From NCBI GenBank assembly GCA_963796275.1, contig CAWCKY010000006.1:1696001-1760000 (forward strand): a stretch of 64,000 bases of DNA, written 5' to 3'. Under the pieces are notes generated by a model that searched no databases, was not told the origin of the DNA, and saw only the letters and a list, made by a program, of their open reading frames with translations. Shown here piece after piece: positions 21,531 to 31,409 of this stretch (position 1 is its first letter; each line of letters opens with the position of its first letter). A program made the translations under genes and the position numbers. The DNA is from an uncultured Acidobacteriota bacterium. Lineage in GTDB: Bacteria > Acidobacteriota > Blastocatellia > RBC074.

Positions 21531-21608
21531 TTCATTTACATCCGCGTCAATCAGTCTCACCCAATCAGCCGCATCCGCGAAATCCTAGGTTCATTTGTCT
21601 CCTAAGAT

Positions 21609-24600
21609 TTAGAAAGTCAATTTAAACGCGATCTGCCAGTTCCGCGCCTCGCCGCTCGTGGAGGTGACTCTACCGAACGCCGTATTGTTCGGGTCGGTGT
21701 TTGGCGTGTTGAAATTTACATTGTTCCAGGCATTGAAGACATCAGTGCGGAGCTGCATCTTCAAGCCCTCACGGATCACCCAGCTCTTGGCCAATGAAAA
21801 ATCCCAGCGAGTTTGGTCGTCGCCGCGGATGCCGCTGAACCGCAGCGGTAGGGTGCGAATATTATTGGACAATTGCTGCGTGCTATCGGTGTTGAACCCT
21901 GCACCCACGTTGAACCAGCGTTCGGCCGTCCGCTCATCCGAGGGCAATGCGATGTTCTTGATATCGCCGTTAAAGATCCGGTTGCCGAATCCGAGCGGCG
22001 CCCCGGTCTGCTGCCCGATCACGCCGCTGATCTGCCAATTGCCCGCGATGAAGTTAGCGATGGCGGGTAGATTGTTGCCGAACTTTTTACCTTTGCCGAT
22101 GGGAAGCTCCCAGATGCCGCTAACCGTGACGCGGTGAGTGCGATCGAAAGCGCCAATCGATTCATACGGCATCGGATCGGTCGGATTGAGAAACTCCACC
22201 CCTTCCATCAACTTCGACCACGACCAGCCCAACAAGAATGTGTATCCTTTTGAGAAACGCTTCTCGATGCGGCTCTGCATCGACTGATACCAGGAATATC
22301 CGATCGATTCTTCGACCAGGATGTCACCGAATTGCGGATAGGGTCTGAGCAGGTTGGCGCGCGTGATATTGGCGCCGAAGATCGGGTCGAGCCCGGCGAA
22401 CGGGCTCCGGAACGACTGCGAAAGGAAACTGACCGTCTCCTGATCGCGCACGGGCTTCGTGCTCAGGTAGCGCGCCGGTGTGGCGTTGTAGTTGCGGGTA
22501 ACGGGGATGCGCGTGCCGCGATTGCCGGTATACGATACCTCAGCCAGGAAGCCGAGCGGCAATTCGCGTTGAACGCCGAGCGACCAGCGTTGCGCATACG
22601 GATGCTTCATATTCGGATCGAAGAAATTGATGGACTGACCGATATTGTTGAGAAATCCCCCAGCCGGGCCCAGCGGCGAAAGCAGGCCGTTCGGCAGGGG
22701 GTTGGCGAGCGTAGCAATGTACGTCAATCCGTTATCGAGCGAAGCCTGGATCGGCGTGTTCTGCGAAAAACCCGTCTGAATGGGCGCAGTCGTGTTCACG
22801 CCGAGGGTGTCGAAGAAGATGCCGTATCCCGTGCGCAGCACCGTCTTTTCGTTGATCTGCCATGCGAGACCGATGCGCGGCAGAACGTTGTTTTTCTCGC
22901 CTCTGAACGGACTGCGGCCATTCCCGCCCTGGTTCAAGAATGTCAGTCCGCCGCGCACGCGGAATTGATCCACCGGCAATCCAGGCATCGGGTTATTGGC
23001 GTAGTTGGCTCTCGCCGCCGCTTCGAGCGGGCTTGATTCGTCGAAATCGAATCCGGCGACTAGACGATCGTAGCGTTCGGTGAAGGGCGTTTCGAGTTCG
23101 TAGCGCAAGCCCAGGTTGAGGGTGACTTTCGACGAGAGCTTGAAATCGTCATGGAGGTAGAGCGCGAAGTATCTGTCCTGTGTCGCATAGTTGGCGCTCT
23201 GCGCCATTGTGCCGGCGGGAACGCCCAACAGCATCGCCGCCAGTTCCTGCCCGATCGGGGCGGCGGGCGAATTGTCCAGAGGCCCGCGCGTAAAGGAGTT
23301 GTTAAAACTAAGATCGGGAGCGGTAGATAGCTGGAAGCGGTTGCCGAACGCGCGGTAGACGCGGAATTCATTTCCGAACTTCAGATTGTGCCGGCCCTCC
23401 AGCCTGGTCATTCCAGCCGATAAGCTGTGAACCATACTGGTATTCGTCCCGTCACCGCTCTCCCAGCGCGCGATGGTTGAATACTCGGGAATCGTCACGC
23501 GAGGCAGCGTGGCAAGATCCGTTTCAAAGACCTGGGCTGCCAGTAGAGGTGAAAACCCGAGAGACGTGAGGTCGAACCCGCGACTGGCGCGCCGTTCCGG
23601 GAATTCCTGATAGGTCAGGCCGTAACGAACATTCAAAACCATCTTCGAATTGATGACGTATACGTCGTCCAGCGCGATCCCTTGATTGATGCGGTTGAGA
23701 AAGAGCGCATTATTGCGATTGAGGAAATCATCGTTCTTGTCTTCCTCCCACCAATCGTAATGGAAGCGCGCGAACATGCGATGCTTTTCGTTGAACGCGT
23801 GATCGACCCGGGCGAAATGCACATAGTAGTCTTCGAGCGCTTTCGGCGTGGAGAAGAAGTTGTTTCGCCCGTCAGGCGTTCCCTGGCGATTGGGCAATGG
23901 GAAGAGATTGATGATATTCAGCGCGACAGGATCGAGTTCACCCGGGAGAATCTTGTTGCCGGGGATAGGAGCACGCATGAATCGCCCGGTGCCGGTCGCC
24001 ATAGTTGTCTTCGGGTAATAGATTTGATACCGCGAGCCGAGCGCGAGCAGTTCCGAGAAATCGCCTTGCCGCTGTTTTATGGTCGGCACGGTGCCGGTAA
24101 ATGGAGTCGGAACGCCCCACTTGTTGCCTTCATAGGCATAGTAGAAGAATGTTTTGTTCCTGCCGTGGTAGAGCTTCGGTATGATGATTGGGCCGCCGAT
24201 CGAGGCTCCATAGCGGTGATCCTGATAGGCGGGCACCCGCTCGTCGTTCAGATTGTTGAAGAAGTTCGGCGCATCAAAACCCGCATTACGCTCCCACAGG
24301 TGGACTTCACCGTGAAAAGCATTCTCGCCGCTGGCCGTGCTCAGATTGGTCAGCGCTCCGATGGTGTGGCCGACGCTCGCGTCGTATGGCGAGGTCTGAA
24401 TCTTGAACTCGCGCACGGCGTAAACCGGCGGGCTGAAGGCGACCCGCGCATGATTGCCGGCCGAGAAAGTATTGGGCACTCCGTCGATCGTGAATTCATT
24501 GTTGTATTGCCCGTTCCCGGCGGTACCGATTTGCGAAGAGGCATTGGTAGAGGCGGCTTTGCGCAATCGCATATCGGTGGCATTGACCACCCCGGGCGCG

Positions 24601-25106
24601 AGCAGAGCCATCTCTGTCGGATTACCTGCAAAGAGTGGCAGTTCCTGCACGCGCCGCTGGTCGATCACCTGGCCGAGCGACGATGTGGCCGTATCGAGCA
24701 GCGGTGTTTCGGATTTGATCTCAACCGTCTCCGAGACGTTACCGATCTCCAACTGCATGTTCAATTCGACCGTTTCACTGACGCGCACCTCCACGCTATT
24801 GCGGATGAACTTCTTGAATCCGGCGAGTTCAGCCTCAACCCGGTACGTGCCGGGAATCAGGAAAGGGATATTGAAGTTTCCCGCTTCATTGGTCGTAGCC
24901 GTGGCCGTCACGTTTGTGGCGGTGTTGACCGCCCTGACCTCGACCGGCGTTATCACCTCGCCGGAGGCATCGGTGATGCGGCCGATAATTGTGCCGCGAG
25001 ATTCTTGAGCGAAAGCCCCGGTTATGCTGGCGAACGATATGAACGCGGCAACCAGATAGGGCAGGGAATAAGTGAAGGAATAAACTCCTGTGCCTCTGTT
25101 CTTCAT
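21609..25106 (-). CDS. TonB-dependent receptor (Oar-like)
   Basis: Signal peptide, carboxypeptidase-regulatory-like domain, YLHDDF, PRIGLAW, and C-terminal WQIAFKLTF. Confidence 0.92.
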   Translation of the reverse strand: MKNRGTGVYSFTYSLPYLVAAFISFASITGAFAQESRGTIIGRITDASGEVITPVEVRAVNTATNVTATATTNEAGNFNIPFLIPGTYRVEAELAGFKKFIRNSVEVRVSETVELNMQLEIGNVSETVEIKSETPLLDTATSSLGQVIDQRRVQELPLFAGNPTEMALLAPGVVNATDMRLRKAASTNASSQIGTAGNGQYNNEFTIDGVPNTFSAGNHARVAFSPPVYAVREFKIQTSPYDASVGHTIGALTNLSTASGENAFHGEVHLWERNAGFDAPNFFNNLNDERVPAYQDHRYGASIGGPIIIPKLYHGRNKTFFYYAYEGNKWGVPTPFTGTVPTIKQRQGDFSELLALGSRYQIYYPKTTMATGTGRFMRAPIPGNKILPGELDPVALNIINLFPLPNRQGTPDGRNNFFSTPKALEDYYVHFARVDHAFNEKHRMFARFHYDWWEEDKNDDFLNRNNALFLNRINQGIALDDVYVINSKMVLNVRYGLTYQEFPERRASRGFDLTSLGFSPLLAAQVFETDLATLPRVTIPEYSTIARWESGDGTNTSMVHSLSAGMTRLEGRHNLKFGNEFRVYRAFGNRFQLSTAPDLSFNNSFTRGPLDNSPAAPIGQELAAMLLGVPAGTMAQSANYATQDRYFALYLHDDFKLSSKVTLNLGLRYELETPFTERYDRLVAGFDFDESSPLEAAARANYANNPMPGLPVDQFRVRGGLTFLNQGGNGRSPFRGEKNNVLPRIGLAWQINEKTVLRTGYGIFFDTLGVNTTAPIQTGFSQNTPIQASLDNGLTYIATLANPLPNGLLSPLGPAGGFLNNIGQSINFFDPNMKHPYAQRWSLGVQRELPLGFLAEVSYTGNRGTRIPVTRNYNATPARYLSTKPVRDQETVSFLSQSFRSPFAGLDPIFGANITRANLLRPYPQFGDILVEESIGYSWYQSMQSRIEKRFSKGYTFLLGWSWSKLMEGVEFLNPTDPMPYESIGAFDRTHRVTVSGIWELPIGKGKKFGNNLPAIANFIAGNWQISGVIGQQTGAPLGFGNRIFNGDIKNIALPSDERTAERWFNVGAGFNTDSTQQLSNNIRTLPLRFSGIRGDDQTRWDFSLAKSWVIREGLKMQLRTDVFNAWNNVNFNTPNTDPNNTAFGRVTSTSGEARNWQIAFKLTF

Positions 25107-25117
25107 GAAATCCCCGC

Positions 25118-25196
25118 GGAAAATAGTTTTTAGTTTTCAGTTTTCAGCTGCCGATCGACCATCCAACTGAAAACTAAAAACTGAAAACTATTTTCC
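25118..25196. repeat. Inverted pair of heptamer arrays (GTTTTCA/TGAAAAC); possible terminator or mRNA hairpin
   Basis: ggaaaatagtttttagttttcagttttcagctg pairs with caactgaaaactaaaaactgaaaactattttcc. Confidence 0.75.
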
Positions 25197-25201
25197 TTGT
25201 T

Positions 25202-27176
25202 TCAGTACGTTTTCGATTTCACCACAGTGAGCTTGATCTCTGACGGATACTGCCTGGAGTGATGGACGGCGTTGTGCGCGACGACGCCTTTTGATTCGTC
25301 GTAATTCTTCCCGCCCGTGTTCAGGTTCCGATCGAAGCGCGGGAAGTTGCTGCTCGACACTTCAATCCGAATGCGATGGCCCGCCTCGAAATAATTGCTC
25401 GTCGTCATCGGCTGCAGCGTCACCTTATACACCTTGCCCGACTCCATCCACGGCTTGCGGCTTATCGTACCCGTTCCGATACCTCATCCGCTGGATCGTT
25501 TCGTCCAGGTTGTAAGCCCGTCCGTCCGGATAAACGTCGATCAGCTTCACGGTGAAGTCGGTGTCCTTTGCATCCGACGATACATAGAGCGTCACTTCGA
25601 TCGGGCCGCTCACTTCGATCCCTTCTTTCAAAGGCTCGGTGCTGTAAACCAGAATGTCGGGCCGCGCCTCCATCTTGCGCTGGTCGAAAGCGCCGCCCGC
25701 CACCGCGTTTCCGGTGCAGCAGACATTTCCGCCGTAGTGACGGCACCGGATTCATCGGGTCGTAGTCGAACCTATCCGGGTTATCGTTGGCGGGCGCCGC
25801 TTCGATGAGCACACCGTCGCCGTTAAGCGTGTTTGCCTTGCCGCCGCTCGACAAGGAAAAAGCTCATCGGCTGCGCGCCTCGCGGCGGCCACGTCTCCGA
25901 CGTCTGCCACTTGTTGATCCCCATCGTGTAGTAGCGCACCTTCGGCATCTTCTCGAGAATGCCGTTCTGCTCTCGCCTTTGAGGAAGTGATCGAACCAGC
26001 GCATAAGTCAGCTCGTCATAGTTCAGACGCGCGTCTCCCACGCTGCGCTCGCCGACGATCGTATTTTCAGTGGCGCGTTTGTAGGCGCAGTGGAGCGTCG
26101 GCGCGATCACCGCGTACTGCTGGTTGGCGATCTCCGGCTTGGCGGTCTTTCGCACGTGATTGTAAGCGGCCAGGTTTGGCCCAACCGACACGTCGTACCA
26201 GGACATGAACCAGAATCCCGGAATGTTGATCTTCATGTTGTCGTGCCACAATCCGCCCTTGTACCACGCCGGATCGTTCGGCGCGCGCTTGATCATCGCG
26301 CCGCCCGTGTCTACCGGCATGTGATCGGCGAAGATGCCGTGTGGCCCATCGACAGCTTTCATGATGTCCATGACCGGAAGATGGCGCAGCGCCTTCGACC
26401 AATCTACCGGCGGCAACTGCTGCGCCAGATCGAACGACTTTCGACGCGCGAATCAAATCCTCCTGCGACGTGTTCGGCGGAAACATCGGACGCACCTGAT
26501 TCTGCTGTCCGTAGAGCCAGGCGATGAACAGCATCTGGACCGCGCCGCCGCGATACCAGTTTCCCTGTTCGTAATAAGGACCGACGCGTCCCACGCCGGC
26601 GCCGAATCCCTGCGGGATCATCGCGGTAAACGCCGGATTACCCTGCGCCGCGACCGCCAACTGCCATTCGGCGGTCGAGGAGCATCCGATCGTGCCGACC
26701 TTGCCGTTCGACCAGGGTTGTTTGGAGATCCACGTGAACGCGTCATCGCCGTCAGTGAGCGGCGGGCCCAAGAATGTCGTAGTTCCCTTCGGAGAAGAAG
26801 CGACCGCGTTCGTTCATCTCGACGAAGGCGTAGCCGCGCTTGACCGCCTCGAGCTCATTGCGTCATGTCGCGCGGCGCGCCATTGCGGACGTCCCAGAAA
26901 TTGAAGTTGTATGGCGTGCGAACGAAGATCGTGGGGTATTTCTTCGACGGTGTCTTTCGGGCGATAGACGTCCGTCGCCATGCGCTTGCCGTCGCGCATC
27001 GGAATCATGAGCTTGCGTTCGACGATCGCGATCGACTGCAGCTCTTTCTCGATCGAGTTTCTCCGTGCGATCAACTCCGGGTTCGCGTCGCCCCGCCTCT
27101 GTCCGGAGGCGATTTGCAGGGCAACGATAAATCCAGCCCCGGCAAGTAGTAGAGTGAAGAAAAACTTTTTTCGCAT
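25202..27176 (-). pseudogene. CocE/NonD family hydrolase broken by many frameshifts (pseudogene or assembly error)
   Basis: Successive fragments in different frames: [13 protein letters not shown] signal, [65 protein letters not shown]. Confidence 0.85.
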
Positions 27177-27529
27177 TTTAAGGTTGCTCCTCAGGAAAGC
27201 GTCGGCTTTGCATCGCTTCCGGCGTGCAGGTTTTTCGCAACCGGTACTTCGTCGAGGCAAGCAAGCGGGAAGCGCTGCGTACCCCGGCAGTCCTTGTTTC
27301 AGTGCGTCGCAGTGCGACTTGTCTGACTCCCCTGGAAAAACGCAAGAATCACGTCGGGTTCGAAAATTGTGAGTTTGCCATCGGGTTTTTATCCCAAGGT
27401 CGGTGAGTATGCAAGCGAATTCGCTAAAAGAGATGGTTACGGGCGACCACTGAAATCAAAAAACACGAAAGGCGACAAAAGAACGCAATCGTTTTGCCGC
27501 CTTTATCTTTCTGCCTTTTACTGAAAGGG

Positions 27530-29299
27530 CTATCTCTTCAATACATCTATTCCAAAGATGACCGGCTGATAGTCGGAATACTTCTCGGGCAGTTGCACGG
27601 CAAGAGCCGGCTGTTTGTCATCCTGAGTCGCGATGATATTGGGAGGCAGTGTCGATACATCCCGCCTGAAAACATCAAGATTCTTCAGCTCGAGTTCGGT
27701 AAGGGAACGTCCCGACACGGCCGCGAGAAAATCAAGCGTTTTAACCTGTATTGGTGAGAAGATGATGGTGAAGGGAGTTTTATCCGAGTCGCGAGCAATC
27801 TGAAACCATTGATCGCCATACGGAACCTGTAAGTATTCACCCGCTTCGACTCTATTGGTAACGACTCCCGCAACCGGCAAAAGCTGATCAGTTTCCTTGC
27901 TCTGCAAATCCTCCTTACCGGTGCCAACAACATAGAGGTAGCCGTTTTGTTTGGGTCTGAAATGAAATCTGAACCTGCTCCCATCCGCGAGCGGCTCGCG
28001 CCCCGTATCGCGTTTCATTTCACCTGCATTCGAACTGATCTCCAGGTAGTAACGCAGCGACTCGACGCCTGGTATCGGAGCTGACGAAAGATTTGTTCCG
28101 CCAACTACATTGACTTGAGCGCCTTGAGCGTCACGGGGGAAATACTTGCGCGCGAATGCCCAGCTGGAGCTACCGCCCTGAAAGAATAATAACCAGCCTC
28201 CTATGATGATCAGGCAGACCGCGATAGCGACCCCGGAGAAGCTAACCTGCGAGCGCAAACGATGCCGCGACACGGGTTTGCCGCGCCGTACATCAAATTT
28301 CTTAATCGCTCTGAAATCCTTTCCACCAGATGATTTCGCATTGGCCGCCTTACGCTTGTTCTCTGCCAGCCTGATGACGACGTGGTCTGCATTACTGTTC
28401 CTCACCGGAGTATCGGTGATTGCCGGAGCGCGATGAATACTGGCAGGTGCAACAATGCTGCGGCCGGCCCGGCGCAGCGCCTTCCTCATCGAAGCGGCAG
28501 AAACATAACGCTGTTCCGGTTGTAACGCCATAGCCATCTCGATCACTGAAGCGACTGCGGGGGGAACCTCCGGATTCAAAACGCTGATCGACAGCAAGGG
28601 ATCAGGGTCCCCCATCACGATTGCCGAAATGCGTGTGGCGGCATCCTGAGCCATCTCACCGGTCAATAGGTGATAGAGCGTGGTTCCGACACTGTAGAGG
28701 TCGCTGCGCACATCCGTCCCGGTGCCGCGAATCTGCTCCAGCGGCGAATAGTTCGGAGTATATCCCCGGATGCTGTAGCTGCGCTCGGTTTGCCGGCTCG
28801 AAGTACCCTTTGCCAACCCGAAGTCGAGCAGGATTACCTCTCCCCGAGGGGTCAACTTGAGGTTTTGCGGCTTGATGTCGCGATGAATAATCGGTGGGTT
28901 TTGTGTATGCAAATAATCGAGCGCATCGAGCAATTGATCGGCCCAACGCAATACCGCCAAGACCGGAAACCCGCTCTGATTGTGCGTTCGGCGATCCGCG
29001 AGCAGTTGCTCCATATTATTGCCCGGGATGTACTGCATGACCAGATATTGGCTCTCGCCTTCGGAGAAGTAGTCCATCACAACCGGTAAAGCCGAATGCC
29101 GCAGGCGATTGAGCAACCGGGCCTCGAGCGCGAATGCTTCGCGCAGCCGATGATCACTGTAAAATGTCTCTTTTATGGCAACGGTATTGCCGAACTTACG
29201 GTCGGTGGCTCTATAAACCGCACCCATACCACCATGACCGAGTAAATGCATAACGAAATAACGATCTAGTAAAAGCGTATTCGTTGTGATCATCACCAC
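27530..29299 (-). CDS. Membrane-anchored Hanks-type Ser/Thr kinase with extracytoplasmic DUF4384-like domain
   Basis: LGHGGMGAVY, VAIK, HRDIKPQN, DFG and DLYSVG. TM segment VAIAVCLIIIGGWLLFF. C-terminal GSRFRFHFRP...GYLYVV. Confidence 0.9.
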   Translation of the reverse strand: MVMITTNTLLLDRYFVMHLLGHGGMGAVYRATDRKFGNTVAIKETFYSDHRLREAFALEARLLNRLRHSALPVVMDYFSEGESQYLVMQYIPGNNMEQLLADRRTHNQSGFPVLAVLRWADQLLDALDYLHTQNPPIIHRDIKPQNLKLTPRGEVILLDFGLAKGTSSRQTERSYSIRGYTPNYSPLEQIRGTGTDVRSDLYSVGTTLYHLLTGEMAQDAATRISAIVMGDPDPLLSISVLNPEVPPAVASVIEMAMALQPEQRYVSAASMRKALRRAGRSIVAPASIHRAPAITDTPVRNSNADHVVIRLAENKRKAANAKSSGGKDFRAIKKFDVRRGKPVSRHRLRSQVSFSGVAIAVCLIIIGGWLLFFQGGSSSWAFARKYFPRDAQGAQVNVVGGTNLSSAPIPGVESLRYYLEISSNAGEMKRDTGREPLADGSRFRFHFRPKQNGYLYVVGTGKEDLQSKETDQLLPVAGVVTNRVEAGEYLQVPYGDQWFQIARDSDKTPFTIIFSPIQVKTLDFLAAVSGRSLTELELKNLDVFRRDVSTLPPNIIATQDDKQPALAVQLPEKYSDYQPVIFGIDVLKR

Positions 29300-29356
29300 T
29301 CCGTTTCACCTGTTATCTGGTTCTTGCAAATTCACAGGTATTGAATATCCAAGTTT

Positions 29357-30665
29357 TCACCACATCTGTGCCCGTATTTGTTTCAACAATCGATCGGCAA
29401 TTGCTGAATCCGGATTGGCCTTTTGCAACGCGCGGAATTCTTGTTCGGCTTCATCGAGCAACCCGCCTTTTGCATATAAAAGTCCCAGCGTCAGGTGCGA
29501 TGAAGCATAGGCGCGGCGTGCTCGCGCCAGCTCTTTGGCATTTACCTCATCCAATACGCGGAATTTAGCTTGTGGCGCGGGCGGTTGCGGTGAGATCGAT
29601 TCCTGGCCATCTTTGATCGCTTTCACCTGCCAGGCATAGATTCCGCCGCGTTTCAGGGATTGCGGTATCCGCCATTGGTGTTCAGTGACTTGCGGGCTGG
29701 TTATTACCAGGTCGAATTCTTCATTGTATATCTCGACTACATATGCCGTCGCTCCCGCGAGCTGCGACCAACGGAAAGTCGGGCGATCGGAGAAGGTCGC
29801 CAATTTGATCGGCTCGATCACTGAAAAGTTATCGGTCGACTCATAACTACCACCCCTCGGTATGCTCCCCTGCTCGATCAATCCCTCCAGCAGCGGCGAC
29901 CTTCCGAGCTCTTGATCTGTGAGCGCGCTTTTAATCATTTGCCGATAAGCAACAGGCAGATGATCAACGCCCGACAACTTGCCTGCTTCATCTAACGTTA
30001 CATCACCATAACCGTCATTGAGCCGGGCAATAATTGTCACTGCTGTTCCTTTCTGGTCCGATCCGTGTGAGTCAGGCACAAGGACCTTTGGCAAGGAAGA
30101 AGACGTCACAGTGGAATTCTTCTCATTCATCTCTTTCATCGTGAAGGCTTGCCACGCCAGCCAGCCGATGGCGGCCATCAAGAGCGCCGCCATCGATGTG
30201 CCGAGGACGAGAGGTTTCGGCCAGATTGATGTCAGGGTCGCGATCAGGCGATGCCAACCTTTTTCAGTCTTCGCGTGTCTTGGGGAGAGCCGATCTGGGA
30301 CTTCGTATTGGACCGAATCTTTGAATGCGCCCAGATCCCTCGATTACCAGCTCACAATGCCGGCAATAGCTCAAATGATCTTTGACCGCCTGCAACTCAT
30401 CGCCGATCATAGTCGCGTCGACCCACCCGGCTATCTGCTCAAATGTCAGATGCGTTTGTCCTGAGAGTGAGGAGGAGAGAGTTGTTTCGCCGAATATCTC
30501 CGCCCTGAGCGCGAGATACGTAGCATCGCCATCGAGCGCTCGTTTGACTTGCCGGCGACACGCCGCGCAGAAGCCGAGATGGTCGGAGACGAGGAGAAGC
30601 TCTACTGGTGAGAGGGCCCGGCATCCGTAGCCTTCAATTTGGTTTTTCGTGAGATGAGCAGACAA
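29357..30665 (-). CDS. Anti-sigma-like transmembrane protein with two ZAS (zf-HC2) motifs; +1 frameshift at ~30338; paralog of 46319-47608
   Basis: HLGFCAAC and HLSYCRHC. Removing one G from the run at 30337-30339 joins DLGAFKD...WPKPLVLGTSMAALL to ORF 29357-30193, which aligns with the 46319 paralog. Confidence 0.8.
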
Positions 30666-30803
30666 TTGAGCTTAAAACCTCGATTCAAGTGAGAAGTGAT
30701 GCCACTTTAATGATCATTTATTTGTATAAGTTGATGGACGGGACATAGCTTACAAATATTGAATTCCGTGAGACGAAGTTGCGGAATTTGCGCTCTATTA
30801 CTG

Positions 30804-31058
30804 TTACTGTTCGCTCGAAAATCTTAAGGCTTTCGAAGCGATTAACCTCCAAACCACAGACCCAATAACATTGCAAACTACCACTCCTCCTAATAACAAG
30901 GTTATCCAAACCAAAAATATCATCCCGAGGTCCGGTGAACCGAAATAATTATTCAAGAATGGACTGGCGAGAATTATGAAAATGATACCGATAAGAATTT
31001 CACCTGGCATTAGTATAAGCATTTTTCTTACCTTTCTTTGATCTTCTTCATCATTCAA
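30804..31058 (-). CDS. Small low-GC two-TM hypothetical membrane protein, possibly a fragment
   Basis: 84 aa, two hydrophobic helices, AT-rich relative to flanks. Confidence 0.4.
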   Translation of the reverse strand: MNDEEDQRKVRKMLILMPGEILIGIIFIILASPFLNNYFGSPDLGMIFLVWITLLLGGVVVCNVIGSVVWRLIASKALRFSSEQ

Positions 31059-31409
31059 TACTATTTACGTCTTAGCGGCTTTGCGTGAGCTAATAATCCA
31101 GGCATTTTTCGCTAAGACGCTCGTTCAACCATCAACTCTCATATAAAGAAGTTGCCGAACTTTCCGCCATATTACTGATCGCTCGAAAATTTTATGATGG
31201 GCTCCAGATCAATATCGCTTTTGGGCATAAACAAAAGGCGCAAAAGAGGAAAGAACCCCTCTGCGCCTTTGAACCAACAATAATGTGGCAGATATCTAAC
31301 CGCGAAGAATCTCTAGAGCAGGGAAGAGGTAGCAATAGGGGGCTCCCCGTTGCTCGTGCTCCTGGTGGCTTATATCGATCTTTATTGTTTTTGATTAAGT
31401 TTGCGTGTT

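Noticed and set aside
22332-25133. Long plus-strand ORFs of 234 and 483 aa (likewise 6005-7018 and 31950-33071)
   Set aside because: Antisense shadows of GC-rich TonB receptor and CHAT genes.
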